A stretch of 64,000 nucleotides of DNA from Chiloscyllium plagiosum (taxonomy: Eukaryota). The notes below the pieces were generated by a model. It saw only the letters and a list, made by a program, of their open reading frames with translations. It ran no database searches and had not been told where the DNA came from. Of this stretch, positions 62,100 through 64,000 are shown one piece after another (the stretch's first letter is position 1; every line of letters starts with the position of its first letter). Location of the stretch: contig NC_057719.1 of the NCBI RefSeq assembly GCF_004010195.1, forward strand, positions 33,965,981 to 34,029,980. The letters run 5' to 3'. Made by a program: the position numbers and the translations under genes.

Positions 62100-63380
62100 A
62101 AAATTCTTCCCTCAGGTCATTCCTCATCTTCCTCCTGAGAAGAATGACGCCATTCTTCCAGCTCTTCAGCTCATATTATATCCCTTCATGTCCTGCTCCA
62201 ATTATGCCAAGGATTAGACAGTGCAGACTGTCTGGATTCTGCTGTAGGCCTTCTCTGACCAGTTCAAAGAACAAAGAACCTCATCTTCACAAGGTCTATC
62301 ATCTGATTTTCATTGGCCCAGTTGGAAGATTGGGCATTATTTTATTTAACTTCAGACTCAGTCAGGGAGATGTGTAATGGAGTCATCAGCCATGTTTGCA
62401 GAGGGTAGCCCTTTTCTCCTCGTAACCATCCTTGTCTGGCACAAAGACAAAGTGCTAGAGAGCTTCAATAGCATCTGTAGACAGAAAGCATAATCAATGT
62501 TTTAGGCCATGTTATCCTTCTTTAGAACTGGCACCCATTCTGGAGAAGGGTCACTGGCCCTGAAACGTTAACTCTGCTTTCTCTCAACAGATGCTCCCAG
62601 ACCTGTTGAGGTTCTCTAGCAATTTCTGTTTCTGTTTCAGGTTTCCAGCATCCACAATTCTTTGTCTATTAATCTTCACAGGGGATCATCCTTTGAAGTA
62701 AAGCAGGAGCATAAGAATTGTTAAGGATTAAGGCAGTCTGACAGCTTTCAAGGTACCTGGCACAGACTTCTCAGGTAACTTGGACATTAACAAAATGAAA
62801 CTCTTTCCCTCAACGAAATCAACTGCATTATGATATGACGCTCTCAAAGCTGTTTGTGTACAGCCTATAGTGCCCTGCACCTGGGGAAAGACAGCCACGT
62901 TGTTAAAGCCTAATCCCTAGGCTGCAGTACAGTCTGCATCATGGAGAAATAAGACAAAGCAGTGCGCATCCTCAAAATGCATTGGCTGCAGCCTTGACCT
63001 ATTTATGTGCAAAGAATTGAGAAGTCTCACACGCAGGTCTCCAGAGGATCCTTGCAAGTGATAGTTATATAAAGCTGAGTTGCTGCTGTCACCTTGATGG
63101 CCACCAGGACAGGATGACCATTACCCCTTCAAATCACAAGTCCTGTTCCAATAGATGACACAATTCTGTGATGATATCTTCACCTATTGGTAATGTGTAT
63201 CACTCAACTAGAGGGAATGACATCTCAGGAGCTAGTCTATGGGCTTCTTGTACTTTCTGTCCATCCTGAAAGGAACTTTCTGCATCAATGTCTTCGTGTG
63301 GGCTCTGTTGAACAGCGCTGGAGGTTGTTACTGATCCTGGCCTTTGTTCTTGCTTGATTTCTCTGTGCCTTCATTCTGCA
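62100..63380 (-). mobile_element. Harbinger transposase (HARBI1-like) fossil, interrupted at 62445-62665
   Basis: GHPVLVAIKVTAA, VAVFPQVQGTIGCT, EVCARYLES, GWLRGEKGYPLQTWLMTPL and IDLVKMRF. Confidence 0.85.
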
Positions 63381-63392
63381 GCAGAACAGGAC

Positions 63393-63477
63393 TGGATGAA
63401 GGAGCATTGCTCCAAAAGCTTCTTACTTTAAATAAACCTGTTGGACTATAACCTGATGTCTTGTGACTTCTGACTTT
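63393..63477 (+). mobile_element. Degenerate family-B Penelope terminus
   Basis: GATGAAGGAGCATTGCTCCAAAAGCTT..AATAAACCTGTTGGACTATAACCTG matches 10860-10943. Confidence 0.8.
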
Positions 63478-63819
63478 GGAAATACATTGCCATTCCATCA
63501 GTGTCACTGAGTCAAAATTCTGGAGCTCACTCCCTTACAGCATTGTGGGTATACCTACACCAAATGGATTGTAGAGTCAAGAAGACAGCTCATCACCACC
63601 TTCTCAAGAGCATTGCATTACAATGAACATCACAATTTTAATAACTTCATGGATTGAAAGGATCAGTGATAAGTCTTTCTGGAATAAGCTAGTTCTTAAG
63701 ATGAAAGGGGCAAGGAGACACAGTTATAAATGAATTAATCTGTCTTGGATGAGTTAAGAGAATTTTTGGACCCAATTTAACTCAATTCCTGAGCATCATT
63801 AAATCTATTTTCTAATTAG

Positions 63820-64000
63820 ATAAAGCACTCAGTAGACTAAATTAGAGAGGTTTCAGAAAAGATTTATTAGCATGTTGCCAGGACTAGACGGTTTGAATTA
63901 TAAGGAGAGACTGGAGAGGCTGGAACCTTTTTCACTGGAGCATAGGACGTTGAGGGGTGACCTTTTAGAGGTTTATAAAATTATGAGGGGCATCGGAAAG
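63820..64000 (+). mobile_element. CR1 3' fragment running off the window end
   Basis: LERFQKRFISMLPGLDGLNYKERLERL..RGDLLEVYKIMRG. Confidence 0.9.

Overview
A vertebrate nuclear genomic window, AT-rich, CpG-depleted and dominated by repeats, with one 516-N scaffold gap (19970-20485). The repeat set points to a cartilaginous fish, most likely a shark (inference): HE1-type tRNA/V-domain SINEs sharing 3' tails with CR1 LINEs, a DeuSINE, and many CR1 and Penelope copies. I recognise no host protein-coding gene. The ORFs with recognisable motifs are decayed transposon proteins: CR1 endonuclease/RT/ORF1 esterase, Tx1/L1 RT, Rex-Babar RT, Penelope RT plus GIY-YIG, Gypsy gag and integrase, and Harbinger transposase plus Myb protein. 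The region is probably intergenic or a large intron. The most notable structure is a set of Penelope-like termini from at least three families, each with a minimal hammerhead ribozyme motif. Many are 70-400 bp inserts with their own target-site duplications, often as fold-back palindromes. Also notable: an unclassified ~480 bp x3 tandem unit with a covarying hairpin, two solo LTRs nested in CR1 elements, and fossil two-gene Harbinger transposons. Family names come from motif recognition only, with no database search. Boundaries of old elements are approximate.
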